This document shows, one piece after another, positions 18,801 to 27,136 of a DNA stretch of 64,000 nt. The notes beneath the pieces are model-generated. The model had not been told where the DNA came from, did not search any database, and saw only the letters and a program-made list of their open reading frames with translations. Positions within the stretch are counted from its first letter, which is position 1; each line of letters opens with the position of its first letter. Position numbers and translations under genes: made by a program. The DNA is from Pseudomonadota bacterium. Lineage in GTDB: Bacteria > Desulfobacterota > Desulfobacteria > Desulfobacterales > RPRI01. Location of the stretch: positions 1-64,000 of the forward strand of contig JBDRRF010000005.1 in the NCBI GenBank assembly GCA_043825875.1, in the 5' to 3' direction.

Positions 18801-20269
18801 TTGACAGCCATACAGCAGATGCAGGACTTGAAACAAGAATAGAAGCATTTCTTGATATTATAAATTCATACAGGCAGCTATTATCCGGTAATAAAATTGC
18901 TGTAAGAAAAAACGGCTTTAAGCCTGCAAGAGTTGCCCTTAATAATGGGGTTACAAAAGTAATTACCTCAAACGGCAGAGAGCTTTCCATGACCGATCCT
19001 AATGTTAAAGTACTCCTGCCTTCAATGGGAAGAATTCCTACCGAATCGCTTGCTGCAGTATTTCGCGCAAACGGCTTTAACGCAGAAGCCCATCCACCTT
19101 CAGATATGGCAGTTCTGAAACTCGGTCGCGCCAACACTTCGTGCAAGGAATGTCTGCCGTTACAATTAACAACAGGAACTTTGCTGAATTATATCAATAA
19201 CGGGAAACAAAACGGTGAGGTTCTTGTCTATTTCATGCCAACTTCTTGCGGTCCTTGCAGGTTCGGTCAATATCATATTTTTATGGAGGATCTTATAAAA
19301 AGATTGGAAATTCCTGATGTAGCAATGCTTTCACTGTCATCTGAGAACGGCTACTGCGGGATGGGGAACGGTTTTCAAATAAAAGGGTGGTGGGCGGTTG
19401 TAATCTCCGATATTATGGAAGATGTAAGGTCTATGATATTGGCAAATGCAGTTGATACTGAATACGGTATAAGCATTTTTGAGAATGAATGGAGGTTTAT
19501 TCTTGAGAAGATAGAAAAAGGTGATTTTGACAGCTTTGAAAAGGTGCTTAAAATTACAGCAAAAAAATTAAGTACTATTCCAATGAAACTATTGCCGGAC
19601 GAAGTCCCGAAAATATCGCTTGTTGGTGAGATATTTGTAAGAAGAGATTCGATATCAAGGCAGTATCTTACAGAAAAACTCGCTGCCATGGGGTTTGCAA
19701 CTCTTTGTGCTCCCATTTCGGAATGGTTGTATTATTGTGACTATCTGGTTGACAACAAGCTTTCAGATTCAAGAATGAATGCTATGGAAAAGTTTTCTTT
19801 TTCAATTAAGAAGAGAATTATGAAAAAATATGAAATAAGAATAAAGAAAATTCTATCGCAATCAGGGCTTGTGCATGCTGAACCTATAAGCGCAAAAGAT
19901 ATAATAAAAACCGCTATGCCTTATATGTCACCTGATCTTGTTGGTGAAGCAATCCTGACCGTAGGAAGCTCGCTTGCAGAAATTGCTTCGCATACTTGCG
20001 GGGTAATTTCGGTAGGGCCTTTTGGCTGTATGCCGAATAGAATATCAGAAGCAATATTAACAGAAGTTATGAACAAAGAAAATAAGCTTGCTACAAGTCC
20101 TGATGACATGCACTTAAAAGCAGTGCTTTCGGATATTGACACTCTTCCATTTTTTGCAATTGAAAGCGACGGTTCTTCTTTTCCACAGTTGATTACAGCT
20201 AAACTGGATGCTTTCTGTCTACAGGCAAACAGGTTCCATTCGGCTTTGATGGATTCAAAAGACTTATAA
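15860..20269 (+). CDS. CoA-substrate-specific enzyme activase / 2-hydroxyacyl-CoA dehydratase-type multidomain protein (two BadF/BcrA-type ATPase modules plus dehydratase-like domains)
   Basis: NKCASGTGEF, SGRCSVF, GLDVGSTTTKA, EIGGQDAK, MNEACSAGTGSF, NFSCGPDS, GPCRFGQY, PFGCMPN; start uncertain. Confidence 0.85.
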   Translation: MIGMYMQSGKEKYQAKKIRSLGLCLGASTISAVGVEFVQCAESTAPDTFIKSEITDYITLPHEGNPRQTLLSVFERLGSSFDRICSTGRRFHKLLNLSKISEPEAVEYAYRYVKPPEIECSAIVSAGGESFMIYVLNREGRISNVITGNKCASGTGEFFLQQLRRMNVSVEEAAGFAESEDPYHVSGRCSVFCKSDCTHATNKGIPKSKVTSGLCKMMASKILELLKKVKKENIMITGGTAQNKMMIDFLRKEISGLIIPKEAPYFEALGAALWGLEHETISFAGADSLFKSELTSFEILSPLNDIKDLVEFKSMPKCDVKAGDICTLGLDVGSTTTKAVLLRNSDDSILESVYLRTSGDPVGASRKCYDYILKAVSEKTPLSGITIEGLGVCGSGRQIAGLHALTDGIINEIIAHATAAVYFDPKVDTIFEIGGQDAKYTYIVNSVPSDYAMNEACSAGTGSFLEESAFETLGIKMEDISDIALRGAMPPNFNDQCAAFISSDIKNAIHEGLKQEDIVAGLVYSICMNYSNRVKGNRPVGGKVFMQGGVCYNHAVPLAMAALTGKSIIVPPEPGLMGAFGAALEIKKRIEKGLLEKKYFDLEVLAGREVNYGKPFTCHGVKNDCDRRCNIAIIELENNKYPFGGACNHYYNLRNKIKSSDENLDFVRIRQKLVFEKYAASRQNIPAGGFKGRVGINRSFLVNTYYPLYSNFFAELGFETVLPDDPSQEGIDHKGAAFCYPVELAHGFFWSMISVEDIPEYIFLPHFKAVPALNGNQNSQVCPVVQGETFYLQTAFKDRLDYIKKKGTKIIKPLIDLSKGIESAKRPLFETAKKMGFGKKAAQKAFAAALYAQEKCFEEMKSIGNQALKELEKDPNKFGVVIFGRPYNGFCEEAHMGIPRKLASRGILVLPFDFLDFNDEKSRPNMYWGIGEMLIKAGNFVKSHPQLFGTFITNFSCGPDSFLIGYFRDIMGLKPSLTLELDSHTADAGLETRIEAFLDIINSYRQLLSGNKIAVRKNGFKPARVALNNGVTKVITSNGRELSMTDPNVKVLLPSMGRIPTESLAAVFRANGFNAEAHPPSDMAVLKLGRANTSCKECLPLQLTTGTLLNYINNGKQNGEVLVYFMPTSCGPCRFGQYHIFMEDLIKRLEIPDVAMLSLSSENGYCGMGNGFQIKGWWAVVISDIMEDVRSMILANAVDTEYGISIFENEWRFILEKIEKGDFDSFEKVLKITAKKLSTIPMKLLPDEVPKISLVGEIFVRRDSISRQYLTEKLAAMGFATLCAPISEWLYYCDYLVDNKLSDSRMNAMEKFSFSIKKRIMKKYEIRIKKILSQSGLVHAEPISAKDIIKTAMPYMSPDLVGEAILTVGSSLAEIASHTCGVISVGPFGCMPNRISEAILTEVMNKENKLATSPDDMHLKAVLSDIDTLPFFAIESDGSSFPQLITAKLDAFCLQANRFHSALMDSKDL

Positions 20270-21110
20270 TTTCAAATGAATTATCGAAAAGATCAATAAT
20301 AAGCAGTTTGTTTCTTAAAAGAGCACCTTTATTAAGAAGTACTTTTATTGCTTCCGAACACTCAAGTGATGCCAGCAGAGAAACACAGTGTGCCAATGTG
20401 CCAAGAGATGTTTCGGCTCCCTTGTTTGGGGTGTTTTTAGCTTCGCCATAGATAAGTTTCAGGCCAGGGTCTTCGGGAAATATAGTGGTAATTTGTCCGT
20501 AGTATCCGGCAATTGCAGCAGATATAAATTTACAGCCTGCTTTTTTTGCTGCATTTTCCAGGACAAAACGTCCGGGAAGCGAATCAAGGCAGTCTATAAT
20601 TATATCCGAGTTTTCAATAAAGGCGGAGGCATTTTTATCATTTAAGAATTCACGGTGATGAATTGCCGTCACGGAAGAGTTGATTTCTGTTACTCTGATT
20701 TTTGCTGCATCAGCTTTCGGTATACAAATATTACTTTCCTTACTTAAGACCTGACGATTTAAATTGCTTTCTTCGAACACATCACCGTCAATAAGGTTTA
20801 AGGTTCCAACGCCTATCCTTGCAAGTGTTTCACAAACAGTTCCCCCAAGACCTCCTAAGCCTACAATTGTTGCTTTGGATTTTAAAAGTGTTATTTGATC
20901 TGCAAAATTAAACGACTTGACATTGCGGATATAACGTTCGGGAATGATTTCCGATTCCAAAGAGGCAATCTCAAGCTCCCGGCAATTTATATTGAATTCT
21001 TGAGATATTTTTTTAAGGTGATCTATCGAAATGCTTTTGTATGGCGTATTGTCAGGAAGTGTCTTATTGGCTAAAAACGCACAAAATTTACTTTTAATAT
21101 CATCGTTCAA
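20199..21110 (-). CDS. ThiF/MoeB/HesA family adenylyltransferase
   Basis: VGLGGLGG, IDGDVFEESNLNRQ, IDCLD. Confidence 0.88.
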   Translation of the reverse strand: MNDDIKSKFCAFLANKTLPDNTPYKSISIDHLKKISQEFNINCRELEIASLESEIIPERYIRNVKSFNFADQITLLKSKATIVGLGGLGGTVCETLARIGVGTLNLIDGDVFEESNLNRQVLSKESNICIPKADAAKIRVTEINSSVTAIHHREFLNDKNASAFIENSDIIIDCLDSLPGRFVLENAAKKAGCKFISAAIAGYYGQITTIFPEDPGLKLIYGEAKNTPNKGAETSLGTLAHCVSLLASLECSEAIKVLLNKGALLRNKLLIIDLFDNSFEIISLLNPSKPNGTCLPVDRKHPV

Positions 21111-21244
21111 TTTTTTGTTCCTTTCTGAACCGGTAAGACAAAATATGATAAATTCCGACTAATTGTAAAGGTGTCAATAATGTTTCAATTAGAGGGTTGT
21201 TTTTTTTATTGACATTTAGCATAAGTAACAATAGAAATCAAAAT

Positions 21245-21458
21245 CATATTCAGGTGCTCAGTTTGAGCATAAAAGGGAACCCTGTGAGAATCAGGGACGG
21301 GCCCGCCGCTGTGATCGGGGACGAAAACCGCATTTTTGCCACTGTCTGTTTTTAAAACAGGTGGGAAGGCGCGGTCAGCCCAGTTGAATTTTCCAAAAGG
21401 AAATTTTATTCAACGGGGCAAAGTAGATTGATCCGATAGTCAGAAGACCTGCCTGAGT
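21245..21458 (+). ncRNA. Cobalamin riboswitch upstream of btuB
   Basis: CAGGTGC...AAAAGGGAAC...GCCCGCCGCTGTGA...GCCACTG...GGGAAGGC...AGTCAGAAGACCTGCCTG. Confidence 0.95.
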
Positions 21459-21517
21459 GTTTGTGTGTTCTCCGAGGACAAGAGAGCGCAGATAGTATCT
21501 TGAGGATAAAAAAGGGT

Positions 21518-21557
21518 AATCCCCGGGACGATATAATCGGTCCGGGGATTTTTGTTT
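21518..21557 (+). terminator. Riboswitch expression-platform terminator
   Basis: AATCCCCGG...CCGGGGATT followed by a T-tract. Confidence 0.85.
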
Positions 21558-21598
21558 CCGGGCCTGAAACCTTAATTTTATTTCAGGAGGAAGGAAAA

Positions 21599-23665
21599 GT
21601 GAAAAAGAGCTTATCGGGTTTTTTATCGGTTTTATTTTTAATATTTGTACCTTCATTAGTTTTTTCAGAAGATGTAAAAGACGGTATAGCATCTTCGCCG
21701 GTTTTAGATGAGGTAGTTGTAAGCGCTACAAAAACCGAGGAGAAAAGAAAGGATGTCGCAAATTCGGTAATTTTAATAAATCAAACCGATATACAAGAAT
21801 CTACAGGAAAGTCTGTTGGAGAATTATTGGCAAATGAGCCAGGAATTGATTGGAGAACTCGTGGTGATTATGGTGGTGCTTCTCAAGAAATTCATATCAG
21901 AGGTATGGGAGCAGAAGGAACGCAGGTTCTTGTTAATGGGATTGTTGTAAATTCTCCATCTATTGGTAGTGCAGATGTAGGAAAAATTCCTTTAAACAGT
22001 ATTGAAAAACTTGAGGTAGTTAAAGGTTCAGGATCTCTTCTCTATGGAACAAGCGCTTCGGGTGGAATAATAAATATTATCACTAAGAGGCCTAAAAAAG
22101 ACAAAATGGACATTAAAGTCAGCGCCGGTTATGGTTCTGAAAACACTTATGAAATTTCAGCCGAACAGGGGATGTTTGTCACTGATGATTTTGGATATTA
22201 TATCACTGCTACAAAACGTGATACGGATGGCTTTCGAGATAACTCAGAGCTGAACCATAAGGATGTCTCTTTAAATCTTGTTTATGATAAAGGGGATATC
22301 TTAGATATAAGTCTCTATGGGGATTATATCGACAGAGATTTCGGTCAGCCGGGAGTTGATCCGCCAAAAGGGACATCGGCTTTTTATTTTAATGGAATCA
22401 AAGTATACGATAAAGATTCTGCCAGTTTATTTGGTGAAGGTGGTGATAAAGATGGACACCTTGCTCTTACAATACAAAGTAGCCCTTTAAAATGGCTGGG
22501 TATAAACCTAAAGGGCAGCTATATGAATATGGAGAATTATAATTATAGCCGGTATTATACAACCTGGCCTGTACCAGATTTTCCTGGAAGCGAGACATGG
22601 GTAACCAATGAAGTGCTCCAGGCTGAGGGTAATGTTGATATTCAGCCCATAGATGGCCTTAAAATTTTATTAGGCGGGGAATACAAAGAATATAAATGGA
22701 AAAATGAATTAATCAATCTGGATGGTAGTGGTACGAAAGTTTATTCTTCGAAATCAAGAACCAGTGAAAAATTACATACCAGTGGATTATTTACTGAAGC
22801 CCAATATAGACCATGCAGTTTTTTTAAAGCATCGGCTGGAGTAAGGCATGAAGATCACTCTGAATTCGGAACGAAATATGTTCCTCGTTATGGTATAATT
22901 ATAAATCCTTTAGAAGGCACAGTATTTAAATTTAATTATGGAAAGCATTTTAATGCTCCAACACCCAATGACTTGTTTTGGCCATACGAAGATTATGGGC
23001 CTGGTATGGGAGGCGTCCAGGGCAATACAAATTTAAAGCCTGAAACAGGGGAACACTCCGATGTAACCATAGAACAGTCATTATTAGATGACAAATTGTT
23101 TGTGACAGCTTCATATTTTAAATGGGATATAAATGATAAGATAAGATGGGCGTCGGATGCTTCCTATTTTTATAGACCTGAAAATCTGGACAGCTATAAA
23201 TCAAAAGGCTTTGAAATCGGATCAAAGTTTGGTCCTTATTATGATATAACTTTGTTTCTTAATTATACTTATACTGATGCAGAAGAAGAAATTGCCGGAG
23301 GCGTTAAACGTCAAAATCTTTATACTTCTGATCATTTTTATAAGTGTGGTTTTATATATTGGAATGACTCAGGCTTTACCATGACCACAACTTATAGATA
23401 TGTGGGAGATCGCCCCGGTTACTACAGAAATGATTCGGACAAGCATGCCGAGGTTAAACTGGATTCATATTATACTGTGGATATAAAACTCGAACAACGT
23501 TTATTAGATAACTGGGTATTGTCTTTACAGGGTAATAATCTGTTTGATGAAGAATATGATACATATACACGGAATTTTAAGAATCAGGATACAGGAATTA
23601 CTAGTATTGAGGGTTATCCAGGAGCCGGAACTTCAGTATTTTTTAACGTTAGGTATGAATATTAA
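21599..23665 (+). CDS. btuB: TonB-dependent cobalamin receptor
   Basis: GTG start after AGGAGG-AAGG; TonB box DEVVVSA, plug motifs IRG and EVVKGSGSLLYG, NLFDEEY; lies behind a B12 riboswitch. Confidence 0.88.
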   Translation: MKKSLSGFLSVLFLIFVPSLVFSEDVKDGIASSPVLDEVVVSATKTEEKRKDVANSVILINQTDIQESTGKSVGELLANEPGIDWRTRGDYGGASQEIHIRGMGAEGTQVLVNGIVVNSPSIGSADVGKIPLNSIEKLEVVKGSGSLLYGTSASGGIINIITKRPKKDKMDIKVSAGYGSENTYEISAEQGMFVTDDFGYYITATKRDTDGFRDNSELNHKDVSLNLVYDKGDILDISLYGDYIDRDFGQPGVDPPKGTSAFYFNGIKVYDKDSASLFGEGGDKDGHLALTIQSSPLKWLGINLKGSYMNMENYNYSRYYTTWPVPDFPGSETWVTNEVLQAEGNVDIQPIDGLKILLGGEYKEYKWKNELINLDGSGTKVYSSKSRTSEKLHTSGLFTEAQYRPCSFFKASAGVRHEDHSEFGTKYVPRYGIIINPLEGTVFKFNYGKHFNAPTPNDLFWPYEDYGPGMGGVQGNTNLKPETGEHSDVTIEQSLLDDKLFVTASYFKWDINDKIRWASDASYFYRPENLDSYKSKGFEIGSKFGPYYDITLFLNYTYTDAEEEIAGGVKRQNLYTSDHFYKCGFIYWNDSGFTMTTTYRYVGDRPGYYRNDSDKHAEVKLDSYYTVDIKLEQRLLDNWVLSLQGNNLFDEEYDTYTRNFKNQDTGITSIEGYPGAGTSVFFNVRYEY

Positions 23666-23764
23666 CATGGATTTTACCGTCCGTATTCCGGGATAGTTAT
23701 ATAAATCTACTTTTAGCAGGTTACTGAGTCAGATATATATTAAACTCGAAATGACATAGAATTA

Positions 23765-23793
23765 AGCGGGGGAGGGATAATCCCTTTCCCGCT
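23765..23793. terminator. GC-rich hairpin after btuB (terminator or stabiliser)
   Basis: AGCGGGGGAGGGA-TAA-TCCCTTTCCCGCT. Confidence 0.5.
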
Positions 23794-23883
23794 GTTAAAA
23801 AATTTATGGCTTTATGCAATGATGTAAAGATCATACGTTACTAAGCTGCCTCTTTTATTTTTTTGAAAAATGGAACAAAAATT

Positions 23884-25905
23884 ATGATAAATAAAATTAA
23901 GTTTCGTGTATTATTTTTTATTACCATTTTTATATGCTGTAATACTATTACAGCATTATGCTATCCGATTGACTTTGTAGATCATGCAGGTAAAAGTATT
24001 ACCATCAAAAAAACACCATCATCAGTAGTATCCCTTGTTCCATCTGTTAGCGAAATCATATTTAAACTTGGTGCAGCAGACAATCTCAAGGCTGTGACTA
24101 TTTATGATACTTCTCCTCCTGAGGTAAGCAAAAAAGAGATTGTCGGGGGATTTTTTTCACCTTCTATTGATAAGATCGAAAAGATAAATCCTGATGTTAT
24201 ATTCTACTCAAAGTTGCAAAAAAATGTAGTTGAAAAATTTAAAAATAAGAAATGTCTATTGATCAATCTTGAGCACGATTCCGTATCAGACTCCTTTGAT
24301 GTCATTTTTACATTAGGCAAAATTTTTAATAAAGAAGATGAAGCAAAAAAGATAGTAGATCAAATCAAAAAAGAATTTCGGATTATTTCAGAAAAAACAA
24401 GCAAGATTCCTGAAGCAAAGAAACAAAGAGTAATAAGGCTTATGGGAAGAGAAACAATTATGACTCCCGGGGATGACTCATTTCAAAACGATCTTATACG
24501 TCTTTCCGGTGGTATTGCGCCAGTGTTCAATAAAAAAGGGAAAATAGTAGATATCACCAAAGAGGAATGGGTGAAATATAATCCCCAGGTTATTTATGGC
24601 TGTGGCGGCAATACAAAAAAGTCTGATAAATTGTTTAATGAGCCAGGCTGGAAAGATGTGGATGCGGTAAAAAATGGCAGGATCTATAATTTTCCATGTG
24701 AGTTGACTTGCAGGGCTTCTGTAAATTCCGGATATTTTGTTTCATGGCTTGCTGCAAGAGTATACGGCGATGAGTTATCCGATGCTTCAAATTTTGTATT
24801 GGAAGAAAAGGTTTTCAAATCAAAAAAAATCGATGTGGATCTGGATTATATAAAGGATGCACATGTAGATTACAGCAAAATTTATGATTTTGGCAACAAG
24901 ACTCTGGTAGTGGAATTTAAAAAGCCGCTTTCAATAATATCGACACTTGAAGGACAGCGTAATGGCATAAAAACAGTTGGCAATCATTATTCTCCTCCGC
25001 CATGTTGGGGTATTGGGCATAATGAAGGTTTCGAGTCGCAACGGGATCATGTTTATAAAGTCATTGGGAAATCATTGAAAGACTCAAGTTTTCTCTTCAC
25101 CGGAGCGGATATGGACAATCTTTCCATCAAACGCAAGGAATTTAAAGATATGGTTGTCTATGCTCTGGTAACTGCCGGTGTTAAATCCAATGCTATGCGC
25201 ATGTCCACTGATGAAGGAATGTTCTATGAGCCGGGAACAATAAATATCATAATATTAACAAATATGAAGCTTACGCCAAGGGCTATGACAAGAGCTATCA
25301 TATCAGCAACAGAAGCCAAGAGTGCCGTTATGCAGGACCTTGATGTAAGAAGTACTTATACACCCATTGCTAATCAGGCCACAGGAACAGGTACGGATAA
25401 CATCCTAGTTGTTGAAGGTGCCGGAAAAGAGCTGAAAAATGCAGGAGGTCATTCCAAACTGGGTGAATTAATCGCAAAAGCAGTTTATGATGGTGTTTCA
25501 GAAGCTATATATAAGCAGAATGGAATGGTTGCAGAGCGTAATATATTTTCGCGTATGAGAGACAGAAATCTTAGTGTATTTGAGATACTTTCTGCATACG
25601 GATGTGAATGCAGCTCCGGAGAATCCGGTATGGTAGGCGAATTTGAAAATCTTTTGCTGCAACCCCGTTATGCTTCTTTTATAAAAGCATCTTTTGCTTT
25701 AAGTGATGATTATGAAAAAGGTCTTATTAATGATCTGAGTTCTTATGAATTATGGTGCAAGCAGGTGGAAGAAGAAATCGCCGGACATAAAATAACTGAA
25801 GATAAGGATTATCTTGCCGGAATAGATTTGCCGGTTGTTATTGATATGGCTTTAAATTCATTAATAAGTGGTATTCATGAAAGAAAGAGTGGTTCATCAG
25901 AATGA
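23884..25905 (+). CDS. cbiZ: Fusion of a BtuF-type periplasmic binding protein and CbiZ adenosylcobinamide amidohydrolase
   Basis: N-half VVSLVPSVSEIIFKLG...AVKNGRIY; C-half FTGADM, VTAGV, PGTINII, TEAKSA, ATGTGTD. Confidence 0.85.
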   Translation: MINKIKFRVLFFITIFICCNTITALCYPIDFVDHAGKSITIKKTPSSVVSLVPSVSEIIFKLGAADNLKAVTIYDTSPPEVSKKEIVGGFFSPSIDKIEKINPDVIFYSKLQKNVVEKFKNKKCLLINLEHDSVSDSFDVIFTLGKIFNKEDEAKKIVDQIKKEFRIISEKTSKIPEAKKQRVIRLMGRETIMTPGDDSFQNDLIRLSGGIAPVFNKKGKIVDITKEEWVKYNPQVIYGCGGNTKKSDKLFNEPGWKDVDAVKNGRIYNFPCELTCRASVNSGYFVSWLAARVYGDELSDASNFVLEEKVFKSKKIDVDLDYIKDAHVDYSKIYDFGNKTLVVEFKKPLSIISTLEGQRNGIKTVGNHYSPPPCWGIGHNEGFESQRDHVYKVIGKSLKDSSFLFTGADMDNLSIKRKEFKDMVVYALVTAGVKSNAMRMSTDEGMFYEPGTINIIILTNMKLTPRAMTRAIISATEAKSAVMQDLDVRSTYTPIANQATGTGTDNILVVEGAGKELKNAGGHSKLGELIAKAVYDGVSEAIYKQNGMVAERNIFSRMRDRNLSVFEILSAYGCECSSGESGMVGEFENLLLQPRYASFIKASFALSDDYEKGLINDLSSYELWCKQVEEEIAGHKITEDKDYLAGIDLPVVIDMALNSLISGIHERKSGSSE

Positions 25906-25958
25906 TTTGACCATTTTGCATATATTTAGTATTGTTTGATTTTATTATTTAGATAATA

Positions 25959-26170
25959 GGATTCAAGGATTCAAGGATTCAAGGATTCAAGGGTTCAAGG
26001 ATTCCAGTGTCCAAGGGGAAATGTATAGGGATCAAGAATAAAGTTTCAGGTGAAAAGCGCAAATAACGAAGTCCAAGGATTAAGAGTTCAAAAGCATATA
26101 TTTTTGCCATTGAACCATTAACCTTGTCACTTGAATCCTTGACCCCTCGACCCCTCGAATCCTCGAATCC
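25959..26170. repeat. Inverted octamer arrays (GGATTCAA)n ... (TTGAATCC)n bounding an ORF-less insert
   Basis: Six or seven GGATTCAA-like units at 25959-26014 and five TTGAATCC/TCGACCCC-like units at 26131-26170. Confidence 0.85.
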
Positions 26171-26185
26171 TAAAATTATAATCAT

Positions 26186-27127
26186 ATGAAAAAATTTATT
26201 ATATATATTTTAGCTCTTATTGCATTTTGCCTGATTGTAAATACTTCCTGGGCCGAAACCAGAACTTTTACCGATCAAGCGGGGCGGACTGTTAATGTCC
26301 CTTTAAATCCGCAAAGGATTGTGTCTCTTGCGCCAAGTATAACTGAAATTGTTTTTGCTCTTGGGCAGGAACACCGTCTAAAGGGAGTCACACAGTTTTC
26401 AGATTTTCCTGCCGAAGCAAAAAATTATCCTGTTGTGGGTTCTTATGTGAATCTGGATCTTGAAAGGATTGTAGCATTAAAGCCTGATTTATGCATTGCA
26501 ATAAAAGATGGAAATTCCAGAGATACGGTAAAACAACTGGATGCTTTAAATATTCCGGTTTATGCTATAAATCCGAAAAATCTGGAATCCGTGATGGATA
26601 CTGTTAATGAAATTGGGGAGCTTCTCAATGTTTCAAAAGAAGCCAAAATGCTTGCTGACGATATGAGCACGCGTATCGAACATATAAAAGTACTTGTTTC
26701 AAAAACTGACCATAAACCAAGGGTTTTCTTCCAGATAGGGATTGCTCCTATTGTATCAGTAGGTACTCATACATTTATCCATGAGCTTATTACGCGTGCA
26801 GGAGGGCAGAATCTCACCGAGGGTCCTATCTCTTATCCAAGATATTCCAGAGAACAGGTTTTAGCAATGGCTCCGGAAGTTTTTATTATCACATCAATGG
26901 CAAGGGGTGAGGTTTTTGAGAAGGTGAAGGCCGACTGGAGCCGCTGGAAGGATTTACCGGCTATAAAAAATAACCGCATTTATCTTGTTGACTCGAATAT
27001 ATTGGATCGTCCCACGCCCAGAATGGTGGATGGCCTGGAAATGCTGGTTAAAACAATTCATCCGGAACTCTTCAGTAACAACTCAGGTTCACAGTTCAAG
27101 GGTTCACAGTTCCAGGTTAGAGAGTGA
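26186..27127 (+). CDS. btuF: Cobalamin ABC transporter substrate-binding protein
   Basis: PQRIVSLAPSITEIVFALG, ERIVALKPDL, DRPTPR. Confidence 0.88.
   Translation: MKKFIIYILALIAFCLIVNTSWAETRTFTDQAGRTVNVPLNPQRIVSLAPSITEIVFALGQEHRLKGVTQFSDFPAEAKNYPVVGSYVNLDLERIVALKPDLCIAIKDGNSRDTVKQLDALNIPVYAINPKNLESVMDTVNEIGELLNVSKEAKMLADDMSTRIEHIKVLVSKTDHKPRVFFQIGIAPIVSVGTHTFIHELITRAGGQNLTEGPISYPRYSREQVLAMAPEVFIITSMARGEVFEKVKADWSRWKDLPAIKNNRIYLVDSNILDRPTPRMVDGLEMLVKTIHPELFSNNSGSQFKGSQFQVRE
27085..27120 (+). repeat. Degenerate 7/8-mer array (AGGTTCA-like) in the btuF 3' end
   Basis: aggttca cagttca agggttca cagttcc aggttag. Confidence 0.6.
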
Positions 27128-27136
27128 TGTAAACCC

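Noticed and set aside
21461..21598. N-terminal extension of the btuB ORF (and likewise 31569-31748 for cbiM)
   Set aside because: These stretches are riboswitch expression platforms; downstream starts have RBSs and give signal peptides.
25959..26170. CRISPR array
   Set aside because: The units are 8-bp tandem repeats without unique spacers, and there are no cas genes in the window.
25979..26185. 68-aa minus-strand ORF
   Set aside because: It is a translation of the repeat arrays, antisense to the operon.
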